From a bacterium (GTDB lineage: Bacteria; SAR324; NAC60-12), in NCBI GenBank assembly GCA_965209155.1, contig OZ242383.1, positions 3,712,001-3,776,000 on the forward strand: a stretch of 64,000 nucleotides of DNA, written 5' to 3'. Positions 7,524 through 16,784 of this stretch are shown piece by piece. A program made the translations under genes and the position numbers. The notes beneath the pieces were generated by a model. That model was not told the DNA's origin. It ran no database searches and worked only from the letters and a program-made list of their open reading frames with translations. The first letter of the stretch is position 1, and each line of letters starts with the position of its first letter.

Positions 7524-9299
7524 CTAGAAGCCCATTTCCTTCTTCAGCTCTTGATCGACCCACAGGCGAGCGAGGATGGGAAGACGGTGCTGGCCCCCAA
7601 AGTGGACTTCTCCACTATAACCTTTGACCCACGGCTGGACCGCCATGTACTTTCCAGCTTTAGGACCCCATAAATATAAATGCTTCTCGACCATGTTCAT
7701 ATCTACCTCTCTCGACAGCCTCTGCTCCTCCGCAATCGAGGTAGCGGATTCACCGGCCTCTATCATGGCGTCCAACTCAGCGTCCTTGAATCTGGAAATG
7801 TTCCAAATGGACGTCGAGTGACCCGTGTGGCGTAGAACCGGTATAGCACCATAAGGATGACTCCATCCCGTAACTATTCCAGCCATACCTCCATAGTCCC
7901 CTTCTGTAACCAGAGGGATAAACTGAGGTCGGTCCAACGCCCTGATCTCTACGTCAACGCCAATTGCCTTCCAGTATCCTGCGGCTATTTCAGCGTACCC
8001 CATGTCGCCCTCACTGCTCCATATCATGACTGTCTCGAAGCCATTGGGATAGCCTGCTTGCCCCAGAAGCTGCCTCGCCCTTTCCGGGTCATAGGCGTAT
8101 CCTGCTTTGACCTCGTCGGGCCACTCGTCAAAGGGTGCGTAGTATCCTGTGAGACCTTCCCCTACGGGTCCCTGAGGTTTCCACATTGCAGTGCCCTTGT
8201 AGTAGGTATCGTTAATGGTCTTCAGGTCCAATGCCATCTGCATTGCCTGGCGCACCCTGATGTCGTCAAACGGTGGTTTGGTCGTGTCAAGGGCGACAGA
8301 GTTTTCCGAACGATCCCACCACGGGAGCAGCTCGATGTCAGGGTTGTTCTTCCGGAGGCTATCAAGCACGTCGGCCGACACGATATCAGAGACCCCAGCA
8401 GGGAAACCCAGGAAATCGATCCTGCCGGAGCGCAGTCCCGCTATCCGTGTGGCTTCTTCCATGATGAAGAGGCCCACTAACTTGTCAGTGTAAGGTAAGC
8501 GGTTTTGCGGGTACTTTTCGTCGAAGCCCCAGTAATCGGGATACTTGGTGTGGGTGATAGACGTGCCCTGGACCCAGTCAGTCAGCTCATAGGGTCCAGT
8601 GCCGACGAAGTTCCTCCAATCCGAAATGTCGCCATGTTGCTTGATGACCTCGGGAGGCAATATAAATGGCAGATGTTCAACCATGATCCGATGCAGCGCA
8701 CGGTGGTTTCGCTCCTTCAACCTAAAAACAACCGTCCATTGGTCGGTGGCCATTACCGATTCGGTTCCTATAGCCGCCAAAGAGGAACCTGGCAAAGGCT
8801 CGGTGTAACCGCTGCCGAGTCCCCAGATACGGTGATAGCTGTACTCGACATCCTGGGCCGTGAGCTCCCGACCGTTCATCGGCGCCTTATTATGCCAGCG
8901 AACGCCCTTGCGGATGTGGAAAGTATAGGTGAGGCCGTCCGGGGAAATCTCCCAGCTTTCCGCCAGTTGCCCTGCCGCGACCTCTTCCGGGATGTACTGG
9001 TTCGAGAAGGTATATTTGTCCCGCTCTACTGCCCAATCGGGGATGAGCAACTGCTCTGCAACGCCAGCCATGGCCAGTCCTGCGCTGCCATACACAAGGG
9101 TATCAGCACTCGGTGGCTCAAGCATCGTGGCAAAGGTCAAAGTCCCGCCGTACTCAGGTGCACTCACCATCTTGCCAGTACTGGGGTCTTTGACCATTTT
9201 CTTCTCAGCCGCGAAGGCTGAATTGACCCCGAGAGCGGCCACCATCAGGATCAGGGTTAACAACAATGATTGGATTTTTCTTGTTTTACTTTTTTCCAT
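7524..9299 (-). CDS. ABC transporter substrate-binding protein, family 5
   Basis: Signal peptide; PEYGGTLT, LAESWEISPDGLTYTFHIRKGV, GTGPY, PFDDIRVRQAM; AGGAGG RBS. Confidence 0.95.
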   Translation of the reverse strand: MEKSKTRKIQSLLLTLILMVAALGVNSAFAAEKKMVKDPSTGKMVSAPEYGGTLTFATMLEPPSADTLVYGSAGLAMAGVAEQLLIPDWAVERDKYTFSNQYIPEEVAAGQLAESWEISPDGLTYTFHIRKGVRWHNKAPMNGRELTAQDVEYSYHRIWGLGSGYTEPLPGSSLAAIGTESVMATDQWTVVFRLKERNHRALHRIMVEHLPFILPPEVIKQHGDISDWRNFVGTGPYELTDWVQGTSITHTKYPDYWGFDEKYPQNRLPYTDKLVGLFIMEEATRIAGLRSGRIDFLGFPAGVSDIVSADVLDSLRKNNPDIELLPWWDRSENSVALDTTKPPFDDIRVRQAMQMALDLKTINDTYYKGTAMWKPQGPVGEGLTGYYAPFDEWPDEVKAGYAYDPERARQLLGQAGYPNGFETVMIWSSEGDMGYAEIAAGYWKAIGVDVEIRALDRPQFIPLVTEGDYGGMAGIVTGWSHPYGAIPVLRHTGHSTSIWNISRFKDAELDAMIEAGESATSIAEEQRLSREVDMNMVEKHLYLWGPKAGKYMAVQPWVKGYSGEVHFGGQHRLPILARLWVDQELKKEMGF

Positions 9300-9369
9300 G
9301 ACTCCTCCTATACTTGATTTGGAAGTAACTATTCAGGTCTCTGAAAAACCCGTTTAGTTAAATATCATT

Positions 9370-9440
9370 AAAAAAGATTCCCGGAGAGGACCGATTGTTT
9401 TCAAGTCCTCCCACGATATTGTTCAATCAATCGGGAACTC
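9370..9440 (-). promoter_or_regulatory. Leader hairpin with U-tract upstream of the SBP (attenuator-like), similar to 61807-61877
   Basis: Minus strand reads gttcccg...gggaggac-ttgaaaacaatcg-gtcctctc-cgggaat-ctttttt. Confidence 0.5.
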
Positions 9441-9776
9441 TCTTTCACTAAAACAACTTAGTGAAGGTATGATTCTAGCAATATATACATTTTTGAATAA
9501 TGTCAACCTCCAAATGAAAAAAATGCAGGATTCGTAAAAAAAATAAAAATCTATCAACCAGGGAGATCCACTTCTTTATGATCATGAGCCAAAAAGCGAA
9601 TGTTCACTCCACAATCCGGAGTTTTTTCCAGCAGGGAGGAGTTCCAGTCAATCAAAAAAATTAAAATAAACGTGATCAAAGGGCGGCGATTGTTGCAATA
9701 CGGCGCATATCAGATAAAATTCTCCTGGATTTTCATATTAATCGATAGACTCTCAATGCGCCGGTGAATCATTTCA

Positions 9777-10538
9777 ATGACAAGATTTTTGATTTTCGTT
9801 TTAAACAAGACAATCGTCTGTTGGAAAACATACTTTGGACTGATATCAGTATTGTTTCTTTTCCCATCGACGGCACATACCGTTTTTGATGAAATCGTAC
9901 AAGATGATCTGCAAAGGAAAATACTTCCCATGCTGGGTGATCCTTTATTGGAAACCAGACTCAAAGCCACTCGAGCTCTCTTGAATTTCCCGGAATGGTC
10001 TCTTCCACTCATCCGTGACGCAATCCAGGATCAGCGTTTTCACGCCATCCATTGGCGCTTGGCTTATTTATTGAGTGTTCTGGGTACGCAAGCGGATATC
10101 CCATTGCTACTGGAGAGTATGCCGTCCGAGCAATTTACCTACCAAAGCAGAATCTGGAGAGGAGCGGCGGAACGACTTTTTTGGAGGCACCGTCAAAGCG
10201 AAGGCCGCCGGTATATCATCTCCCGTCTTCGATTTTTACCAGAGCAACGAAACGATACGTATGTAAGGGGCAGGTTGTTGTATAAAATAGTAAATCCTGA
10301 CAGTGAAGGGCGCTTGGTGCATATCCAATTTGATTTATGGTATGCTCGCCTGGAAGGATCAAACTTCCCCACTCTATTCTGGATTGAAGCGGGGCGTGTT
10401 CTTGAAGTGGAACTTCCTCTCTCTTTTACTTTACTACCTGGAAGGGATTCCTTACGCATCGATCTGAAAGTAGAAGAAGTCGGGACTCACCAGCGCTTCG
10501 TCCATCACAAAATACAAATCCCCCTGACTCCTCCATAG
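9777..10538 (+). CDS. Hypothetical exported protein with a HEAT-repeat-like N-terminal half
   Basis: Hydrophobic N-terminus; LGDPLLETRLKATRALL and WRLAYLLSVLG...DIPLLL resemble HEAT helices. Start uncertain. Confidence 0.6.
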   Translation: MTRFLIFVLNKTIVCWKTYFGLISVLFLFPSTAHTVFDEIVQDDLQRKILPMLGDPLLETRLKATRALLNFPEWSLPLIRDAIQDQRFHAIHWRLAYLLSVLGTQADIPLLLESMPSEQFTYQSRIWRGAAERLFWRHRQSEGRRYIISRLRFLPEQRNDTYVRGRLLYKIVNPDSEGRLVHIQFDLWYARLEGSNFPTLFWIEAGRVLEVELPLSFTLLPGRDSLRIDLKVEEVGTHQRFVHHKIQIPLTPP

Positions 10539-10555
10539 ATCAAGAGCAACGTGAA

Positions 10556-11602
10556 TCACCTCGTTTGCGTTTGTCTTTCCAATTCCCTGATAGGCAGGAA
10601 AGGAAGGAAATTCCTACCCAACTGGGGATCCGCGATCACTTTGTTGACATGAGGCAGGATCACTTCCATGGTTTCGATGCGAATTCTTTCCTTTGTGATG
10701 TCTTTCGCTTCTTTGTATTCTTCATAGATGGAGTTGAATCGTTGTGCTTTTCCCGTAGCAACAAGTACGGTTTTTTCTGCGTATGCCTGTGAATCATTGA
10801 GAAGTTGCGCCGCCTCCCCACGAGCTTTGGGGATCAAGTTATTACGGTATCCATGGGCTTCATTTATCATTTTCTCACGGTCTTCTTTTGCGCTGGTAAC
10901 ATCCTTGAAGGCTTCTTTAACTGGATCTGGAGGGTGTACATCCTGCAATTTGACGTTCTCGATTTTGATACCTGCAACGTAGGTATTCAATACTCGTTGC
11001 AATAATTGCGCGGTTTCTGACTCGATGGCACCTTTTCCGGTAGTAATTGCGTCATCAACCGTTGTTCTTCCAATCACTTCACGCATTGCCGATTCCGAAG
11101 AGGCTCGTACCGTTTCCAAAGGATCCGTGACATTGAAGAGGTAATCAGGAAGTGAGATGATGCGGAATTGAACAATGAAGGACACGTCAATAATATTTTC
11201 GTCACCAGTCAACATCAGCGCTTCTTTGGTCACTCGACGGTACCGGGCAGGTGGACCTTGTTCAATCGTGCGGAATCCAATTTCGATACGGCGCACTTCC
11301 TTGACGTTTTCCGTGACCACCGATTCAATGGGGACTGGAAAAGCTAAATGAGGTCCAGGTTCTTCGATGCGGTTGAATTCTCCAAATCGTTTAACTACTG
11401 CTTGTTCCGGAGGTTCTACAATGAAAAATCCGGTCATCATCCAGACGATCAAAGCCCCAATGATGATTAAACTGAGAAATCCACGTCCTTGAAAACGATT
11501 CTTGAACTGATTTTGAAGATTGTTCAAAATCTCATCTACATTCGGTTGTGCCGGTTTTTTGCCCCACGGCGATTTATTTGGCGGTTTATTCCATGAATCC
11601 AT
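10556..11602 (-). CDS. hflK: FtsH protease modulator HflK
   Basis: Gly/Pro-rich PW N-terminus, TM segment, MLTGDENIIDV, LQDVHPPDPVKEAFKDV, IPKARGEA. Confidence 0.95.
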   Translation of the reverse strand: MDSWNKPPNKSPWGKKPAQPNVDEILNNLQNQFKNRFQGRGFLSLIIIGALIVWMMTGFFIVEPPEQAVVKRFGEFNRIEEPGPHLAFPVPIESVVTENVKEVRRIEIGFRTIEQGPPARYRRVTKEALMLTGDENIIDVSFIVQFRIISLPDYLFNVTDPLETVRASSESAMREVIGRTTVDDAITTGKGAIESETAQLLQRVLNTYVAGIKIENVKLQDVHPPDPVKEAFKDVTSAKEDREKMINEAHGYRNNLIPKARGEAAQLLNDSQAYAEKTVLVATGKAQRFNSIYEEYKEAKDITKERIRIETMEVILPHVNKVIADPQLGRNFLPFLPIRELERQTQTR

Positions 11603-11840
11603 ATATCCCGACTGGTTAGAGTTGATCTCCGATAAGAATCTTATTTTATATTTTTGAATAATTACACATCAAGCGTATTTGAGCAAATTTTTTATTCATT
11701 AAAATGAGATTGTAGTTTTTACTCTTGAAATGATAATTTACGTCCATTGTTATTTTTTCTATTTATACGAAGATCGCATCGAAAGCGTTTTCAAACGTCA
11801 CCATTTTTTATTGAATCATCTTTCCTTACAAGCGCACTCG

Positions 11841-12746
11841 ATGACTGCAAAAATTATTTCCGGAACCCGACTCCGTGAAGAAATTCTGGAAGAAATCAGC
11901 AGAGAAGTCCGGCAAATACGTAAAAGTCATGGTATGGTTCCAGGTTTGGTCACAATTCTGGTGGGAAAGGACCCTGCTTCAGTCTCGTATGTCACCTTGA
12001 AAATCAAAACAGCCCATCGTGTGGGTTTTCATGAAGTCCAGGTGAATCAACCCGAAACGACCAGCGAAACAGACTTGTTGGCATTGATTGATAATTACAA
12101 TAACGATGAGCGAATAAATGGTATTTTGATACAACTGCCCTTGCCGGAACAAATCAATGAAGACAATATTATCAAAGCAATTGATCCGGAAAAGGATGTC
12201 GACGGCTTGCATCCCATCAATATGGGACGACTCGTCATTGGAAGCGATGCGGTTCGATTTCCATCCTGCACTCCTGCCGGAATTCTGGAAATGATAGTCC
12301 GTTCGGGAGTGAACACGCAGGGAGCTGAAGTGGTGGTGGTGGGTCGATCCAACCTGGTGGGCAAGCCTATCGCCAATATGTTGCTGCAAAAAACAAAATG
12401 CGCCAATGCCACCGTCACCGTCGTTCACACTGGTACAAGAAATATGGCGGATCACTGCAGGCGTGCTGATATCTTGATTGTGGCCGCCGGTGTTCCCAAC
12501 TTGGTGCAAACGAATTGGATCAAACCGGGAGCCTGCGTGATTGATGTGGGAACGAACAGAGTGGGTGAAAAAATAAGTGCCACAACCGGCCAACCAGTGG
12601 CTATTCTGAAAGGAGACGTGGATTTTGAAACAGCAAAAGAAGTAGCCGGTTATATCACTCCGGTGCCAGGAGGAGTCGGACCCATGACCATTACGATGCT
12701 CATGAGAAATACTTTGAATTCCTTGAAATTTAAATTGGGACTCTGA
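11841..12746 (+). CDS. folD: Bifunctional methylene-THF dehydrogenase/cyclohydrolase
   Basis: MTAKIISG start, GILIQLPLP, KDVDGLHP, VGRSNLVGKP, ITPVPGGVGPMT. Confidence 0.97.
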   Translation: MTAKIISGTRLREEILEEISREVRQIRKSHGMVPGLVTILVGKDPASVSYVTLKIKTAHRVGFHEVQVNQPETTSETDLLALIDNYNNDERINGILIQLPLPEQINEDNIIKAIDPEKDVDGLHPINMGRLVIGSDAVRFPSCTPAGILEMIVRSGVNTQGAEVVVVGRSNLVGKPIANMLLQKTKCANATVTVVHTGTRNMADHCRRADILIVAAGVPNLVQTNWIKPGACVIDVGTNRVGEKISATTGQPVAILKGDVDFETAKEVAGYITPVPGGVGPMTITMLMRNTLNSLKFKLGL

Positions 12747-12765
12747 TCCATATCAAAGAAAACTT

Positions 12766-13779
12766 TTAAACCTGTTCATTTTGTGGCTTGCTTTTTGCGG
12801 GTGACGCCCAATGTTCGAGAATCCAGTGCAGAACGCCACCCAGGCTGAATTGGGAGGTCTGCTCCTTGTGATAGGTCGCAGTGCCTATGATTTCTCCTGC
12901 AGCCAGCAAACCACTTTCGACGGCAGGACCGATACCTTCTCCCAAATCAACCGAGGCCAATCCCGCCGAATCGCCTATTAAAAAACAACGTTCTTTTTTA
13001 ACGTTCCCTTGATTGGAAAACAAAAAGTAAGGATGACCCTTGTCCTTGATCTGTTCGGCAATTTTCGAATCCAATAAATTTTCTTTTACTAAATCCTCCA
13101 GAAATAAACGATAGTGGTCGTGAATATTGGTTGCGGATTCTTTGAAGTATCGGCTCATACCTCCCAGTCCAATATTCACGTATCCTTTACCTTTGGGTAC
13201 ATACCAGGCATAGCCTTTCAATCCCCTGTAAAAGAAAAAAAGGTGACAGACGTCCTGACGAGCAGGATATTCAAATTCATGTTCCAGGGTTGCGATTTGG
13301 CGTTCTTTGCTGTGAACGTCTGGGAAAAATATTCTCCTCACCGGGCACATCGTACCCCCGGCACCTACTAGATTTTTACAGACATATTGACCGTCAATGA
13401 TGAAGCGGCCATCCACTTTTTCGATCTTCTTCACATGGTGTTGAATGACTGGCGCCCTACAGCGTTCCAACAGCCATTGGTCAAATTCAATACGTCGGAT
13501 AGAAAAATTGGACCAGCGTGTGGGAAACCAGGAAAGGGAAAAAGGAAGAAAAGGGAAATGTATTCTTGTATTCAATTCGGAAATAGGATGGGGATAGTCC
13601 TTCGTAGTGAATTGGAGGTCTTCCATCACTTTGGCCGTTATCCAACCCGCGCACAGTTTTAAGCGGGGAAAGGTCTGTTTATCGAGCACAAGGGCCTCTT
13701 TTCCCTCATTTATGAGTTTCCAGGCGCAACTGCTGCCAGCAGGTCCCCCGCCTACAATTATGGTTTCATAATTTTTCAT
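12766..13779 (-). CDS. Geranylgeranyl-reductase-family FAD oxidoreductase (TmpA-like candidate)
   Basis: GGGPAGSS, FPRLKLCAG, IRRIEFDQWL, GYAWYVPK, GDSAGLASVDLGEGIGPAVESG. Confidence 0.85.
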   Translation of the reverse strand: MKNYETIIVGGGPAGSSCAWKLINEGKEALVLDKQTFPRLKLCAGWITAKVMEDLQFTTKDYPHPISELNTRIHFPFLPFSLSWFPTRWSNFSIRRIEFDQWLLERCRAPVIQHHVKKIEKVDGRFIIDGQYVCKNLVGAGGTMCPVRRIFFPDVHSKERQIATLEHEFEYPARQDVCHLFFFYRGLKGYAWYVPKGKGYVNIGLGGMSRYFKESATNIHDHYRLFLEDLVKENLLDSKIAEQIKDKGHPYFLFSNQGNVKKERCFLIGDSAGLASVDLGEGIGPAVESGLLAAGEIIGTATYHKEQTSQFSLGGVLHWILEHWASPAKSKPQNEQV

Positions 13780-13794
13780 CGTTTCATTTTCGCA

Positions 13795-15000
13795 TTAACG
13801 AATGGTTTGGTAACCCCCTAACACTCCTTTGCGGGACAAGACCAATTGCCAGAGTGAAATATAACGGGAGCGAAATCCGCCAGCAACCGACATTAAATAG
13901 TACTTCCACATTCGGTAAAACATGGTTCTGCTCATGCCCCTCAATTCCAGATAATCGGGAATCTTGCTGCTTTTTTGCCAATCATTGTGGAAGTTTTCAA
14001 ACCATGCCATCAAAGTGGTATGGTAGTCCACTCCGAAATCATGCCAATCTTCCAGGACCAGGACATTGTCTATGGCGTTGCCCAAGGATTTAGGAGAGGG
14101 AATGGCGCTGTTGGGAAAGATGTACCTGTTGATCCAGGGATCGACCTCGACATCATATCGATCGGAGCCAATCGAATGCAATAAAAACAAACCGTGATCT
14201 TTCAACTGTTCTGCAACCAAACGCAGCCATGGCTTATAATTTTTCACCCCGACATGCTCACACATACCTATGGAAACCACTTTATCGAATTTTTTTCCGG
14301 AAGGGTTGTATAAATGACGATCCCGGTAATCGCAAAGATAAAATTCAGCAGCCCCTTTGTAGTTCTCGCGTGCAAACTTGATTTGTTCCTCCGAAATGTT
14401 GACAGACACAAGGTTGCATCCATAGTTTTCAGAGGCATACCTGGCAAATCCTCCCCATCCACATCCCATTTCAAGCACCTCTTCTCCTTCTTTCAGTCCG
14501 AGTTTTCGACAAACCAAATCGTATTTCGCATATTGGGCTTCATCCAGAGTTTTGGCTTCCTTCCAGTAGGCGCAAGTATAGGCCATGGATTTTCCTAACA
14601 TCTGCTGGTACATTTCATTGCTCAAATTATAGTGTATCTCAGCCACTTTTTTTGATCGCGCGCGAGATTGACGATTGAGCAAAAAGGCCTCTGTCCATGC
14701 TCTCAGGTACCGAAAAGGATTGTCCAACAGGTTACGTTTGCGCATTAAAGTTATCCGGTAGAAAAATTCATCCATCTGCTCGCAGTCCCACCATTCATCC
14801 ATGTAACTTTCACCCAGACCCATGGACCCTTGCGCAAACACTCGATTATAAAAACGTTCATCCTTCACTTGAATATCCCAAGGATTGTTTCCATTGATTT
14901 GGATCCCTGCATGGTCGGCAATTTCATGGATGAGTTTTTTTGCATTTTTTCTGCTTTTTATTTGAGTCGTTAATCCTTCCAGGACGATTTTTGCATCCAT
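13795..15000 (-). CDS. cfa: Cyclopropane-fatty-acyl-phospholipid synthase family methyltransferase (TmpB-like candidate)
   Basis: GSMGLGESYMD, HYNLSNE, MAYTCAYW, LEMGCGWGG, SIGMCEHVG, WINRYIFP, RMWKYYL. Confidence 0.9.
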   Translation of the reverse strand: MDAKIVLEGLTTQIKSRKNAKKLIHEIADHAGIQINGNNPWDIQVKDERFYNRVFAQGSMGLGESYMDEWWDCEQMDEFFYRITLMRKRNLLDNPFRYLRAWTEAFLLNRQSRARSKKVAEIHYNLSNEMYQQMLGKSMAYTCAYWKEAKTLDEAQYAKYDLVCRKLGLKEGEEVLEMGCGWGGFARYASENYGCNLVSVNISEEQIKFARENYKGAAEFYLCDYRDRHLYNPSGKKFDKVVSIGMCEHVGVKNYKPWLRLVAEQLKDHGLFLLHSIGSDRYDVEVDPWINRYIFPNSAIPSPKSLGNAIDNVLVLEDWHDFGVDYHTTLMAWFENFHNDWQKSSKIPDYLELRGMSRTMFYRMWKYYLMSVAGGFRSRYISLWQLVLSRKGVLGGYQTIR

Positions 15001-15036
15001 AGCATCACTCCATTCGTTATTTGCGAATTCGTATCT

Positions 15037-15945
15037 CTAAAACTCCAAATGATCCGATTTTCTTTGAGAAATTTTTTGAGAACTTTCAGTATATTCCAAG
15101 AGGATTTGATCAATCAAGGAATCTTTTTCCTCCCAAAGGGTTTGTATCCAAAATTTGAGTTTGCCTCGGGGGACAGGCAATTCGCGCACGTGGATAACAA
15201 TCACGGAGACCCTGCCACACAACATGTCCCAAAAGCGGGGAGTGCGTTGCTTGGGGTAGACTATGGTAACATCCAGAATGGCAGTAAGAAAATCCTTCAA
15301 GTTGGATAAAACGATGGCGGAAGTACCAAACCGGGGTATCAGCAAATTGCGATAGGGAGAGGCTTGTAGTCGATGCTTTGCTTCGCTGAAACGGGTGCCT
15401 TCTGGAAAGTTGAGGATAGAAAAAGGTGCTTTTTTCAATTTCTGACAAGCCCTGCGAGCAGTTCCCAAGTCCTTACCATGCAGTTCCGGGTGCCTTTTCA
15501 GATAGTCCGGAGAATAGCGCTTCATCATGGGAAAGCCCAGGGCCCACAAAGAGGTGCCAATGAAAGGTAACCAGATCAATTCATGTTTGACAAAAAATTT
15601 GAGAGGTGGAATTCGATGAATCAATCCGCATTGCAATCCGATAATATCAATCCAGTTGAGATGATTGGAGATTACCAGGTAAGATCCCTGCGAATTCAGT
15701 TTCTCCAAGCCTTCGATTTTCCACTCGATTTTTTGAGTAAACCACAGAACAAGACGGTTGCCATCCGTCCATGCCGTTAAAAGCCAATCCTGCGCGCATG
15801 AAAATTTTTTATGCCAGGTTGCGTGAGGAATTAAAAGTTTGATAAGGGTGACGGCAGAAATTGGAATGTACCAGAATAAAACATTACAGCAAAATAAAAA
15901 AATGGTGACAATACCCAGTATCCACGGTGGTAAGAAGTGCAGCAT
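15037..15945 (-). CDS. PlsC/YihG-type acyltransferase
   Basis: SNHLNWID (HxxxxD), KFFVKHELIWLP, NFPEGTRF, ILDVTIVYP. Confidence 0.88.
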   Translation of the reverse strand: MLHFLPPWILGIVTIFLFCCNVLFWYIPISAVTLIKLLIPHATWHKKFSCAQDWLLTAWTDGNRLVLWFTQKIEWKIEGLEKLNSQGSYLVISNHLNWIDIIGLQCGLIHRIPPLKFFVKHELIWLPFIGTSLWALGFPMMKRYSPDYLKRHPELHGKDLGTARRACQKLKKAPFSILNFPEGTRFSEAKHRLQASPYRNLLIPRFGTSAIVLSNLKDFLTAILDVTIVYPKQRTPRFWDMLCGRVSVIVIHVRELPVPRGKLKFWIQTLWEEKDSLIDQILLEYTESSQKISQRKSDHLEF

Positions 15946-16168
15946 CGCATGAATGAGTCAATGAAATGAAGCTGAACTGTTCGTAAGAGAATTAAAATAA
16001 TTTTAACAAATATGAATCCGCATTCCAGAACGTCACTCTATCGAAAGTAAAGGCAGAAACCATTCATGGTAAAGTGTTTGGTAATAAGTACCTGCGAAAT
16101 TCGATAACCCGTCGCCTGTCAAAGATACGACTTTGCGAATGAATATGTGAATTCTTCGCACTGGGCAC

Positions 16169-16495
16169 TCAGTCCAGATTGCTGCACCATTCTTCTATAG
16201 TATCCATCAGGTTGAATTCTTTTATTTTATTTGCAAGGTCATACTCTTCGATTTGTTCTACGAATTCTCCGGATTCCGTGACAGGTAATTGTTCTTCGAG
16301 GTGGGTCCAACCGTAGCTTACGGCCCATATACCACCCACCAACAACGCAAACCAAGGCAATACGGGTAAACCATGTTTGGCCACCTGGAAGAAGCCAAAT
16401 ACGGCTATAGGACCTCCCGATGTCAACAGAAGCAGCGAAATGAGATCAACATTTTCCAACATAACATGTCCTCTCTTTGTCAGGTTTGAGCTCAA
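16169..16495 (-). CDS. Small hypothetical membrane protein (start uncertain)
   Basis: Two hydrophobic segments followed by an acidic tail; downstream hairpin tgcgaa...ttcgca at ~16134-16159. Confidence 0.5.
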   Translation of the reverse strand: MSSNLTKRGHVMLENVDLISLLLLTSGGPIAVFGFFQVAKHGLPVLPWFALLVGGIWAVSYGWTHLEEQLPVTESGEFVEQIEEYDLANKIKEFNLMDTIEEWCSNLD

Positions 16496-16529
16496 TCAGA
16501 TGAGGGGGTTAGCGGAATTTTTTCTCCTT

Positions 16530-16558
16530 TGCCATTCCGGTCCCCGAGCCGGAATCCA
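16530..16558. repeat. REP-like palindrome
   Basis: tgccattccgg-tccccgag-ccggaatcca. Confidence 0.45.
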
Positions 16559-16784
16559 TGACTTCAATCCACGATTCCGGGGGTTACCCGGGTTTTTATA
16601 TGAATTATCCGGGATTTATCTGCCAGCGGAAAAGTGGAAAAACAAATGCTCTTGCTGGATCAACTTTGAATAAAAGTCCTTCAATGAATTTTTGAGGAGG
16701 CAATGTCACCAAAAGCGGAAATTTATATATCGGGGATCTGGAAAATTCCGGGGTATTCATTTGTGAACTGGTGGTGATTGGACT

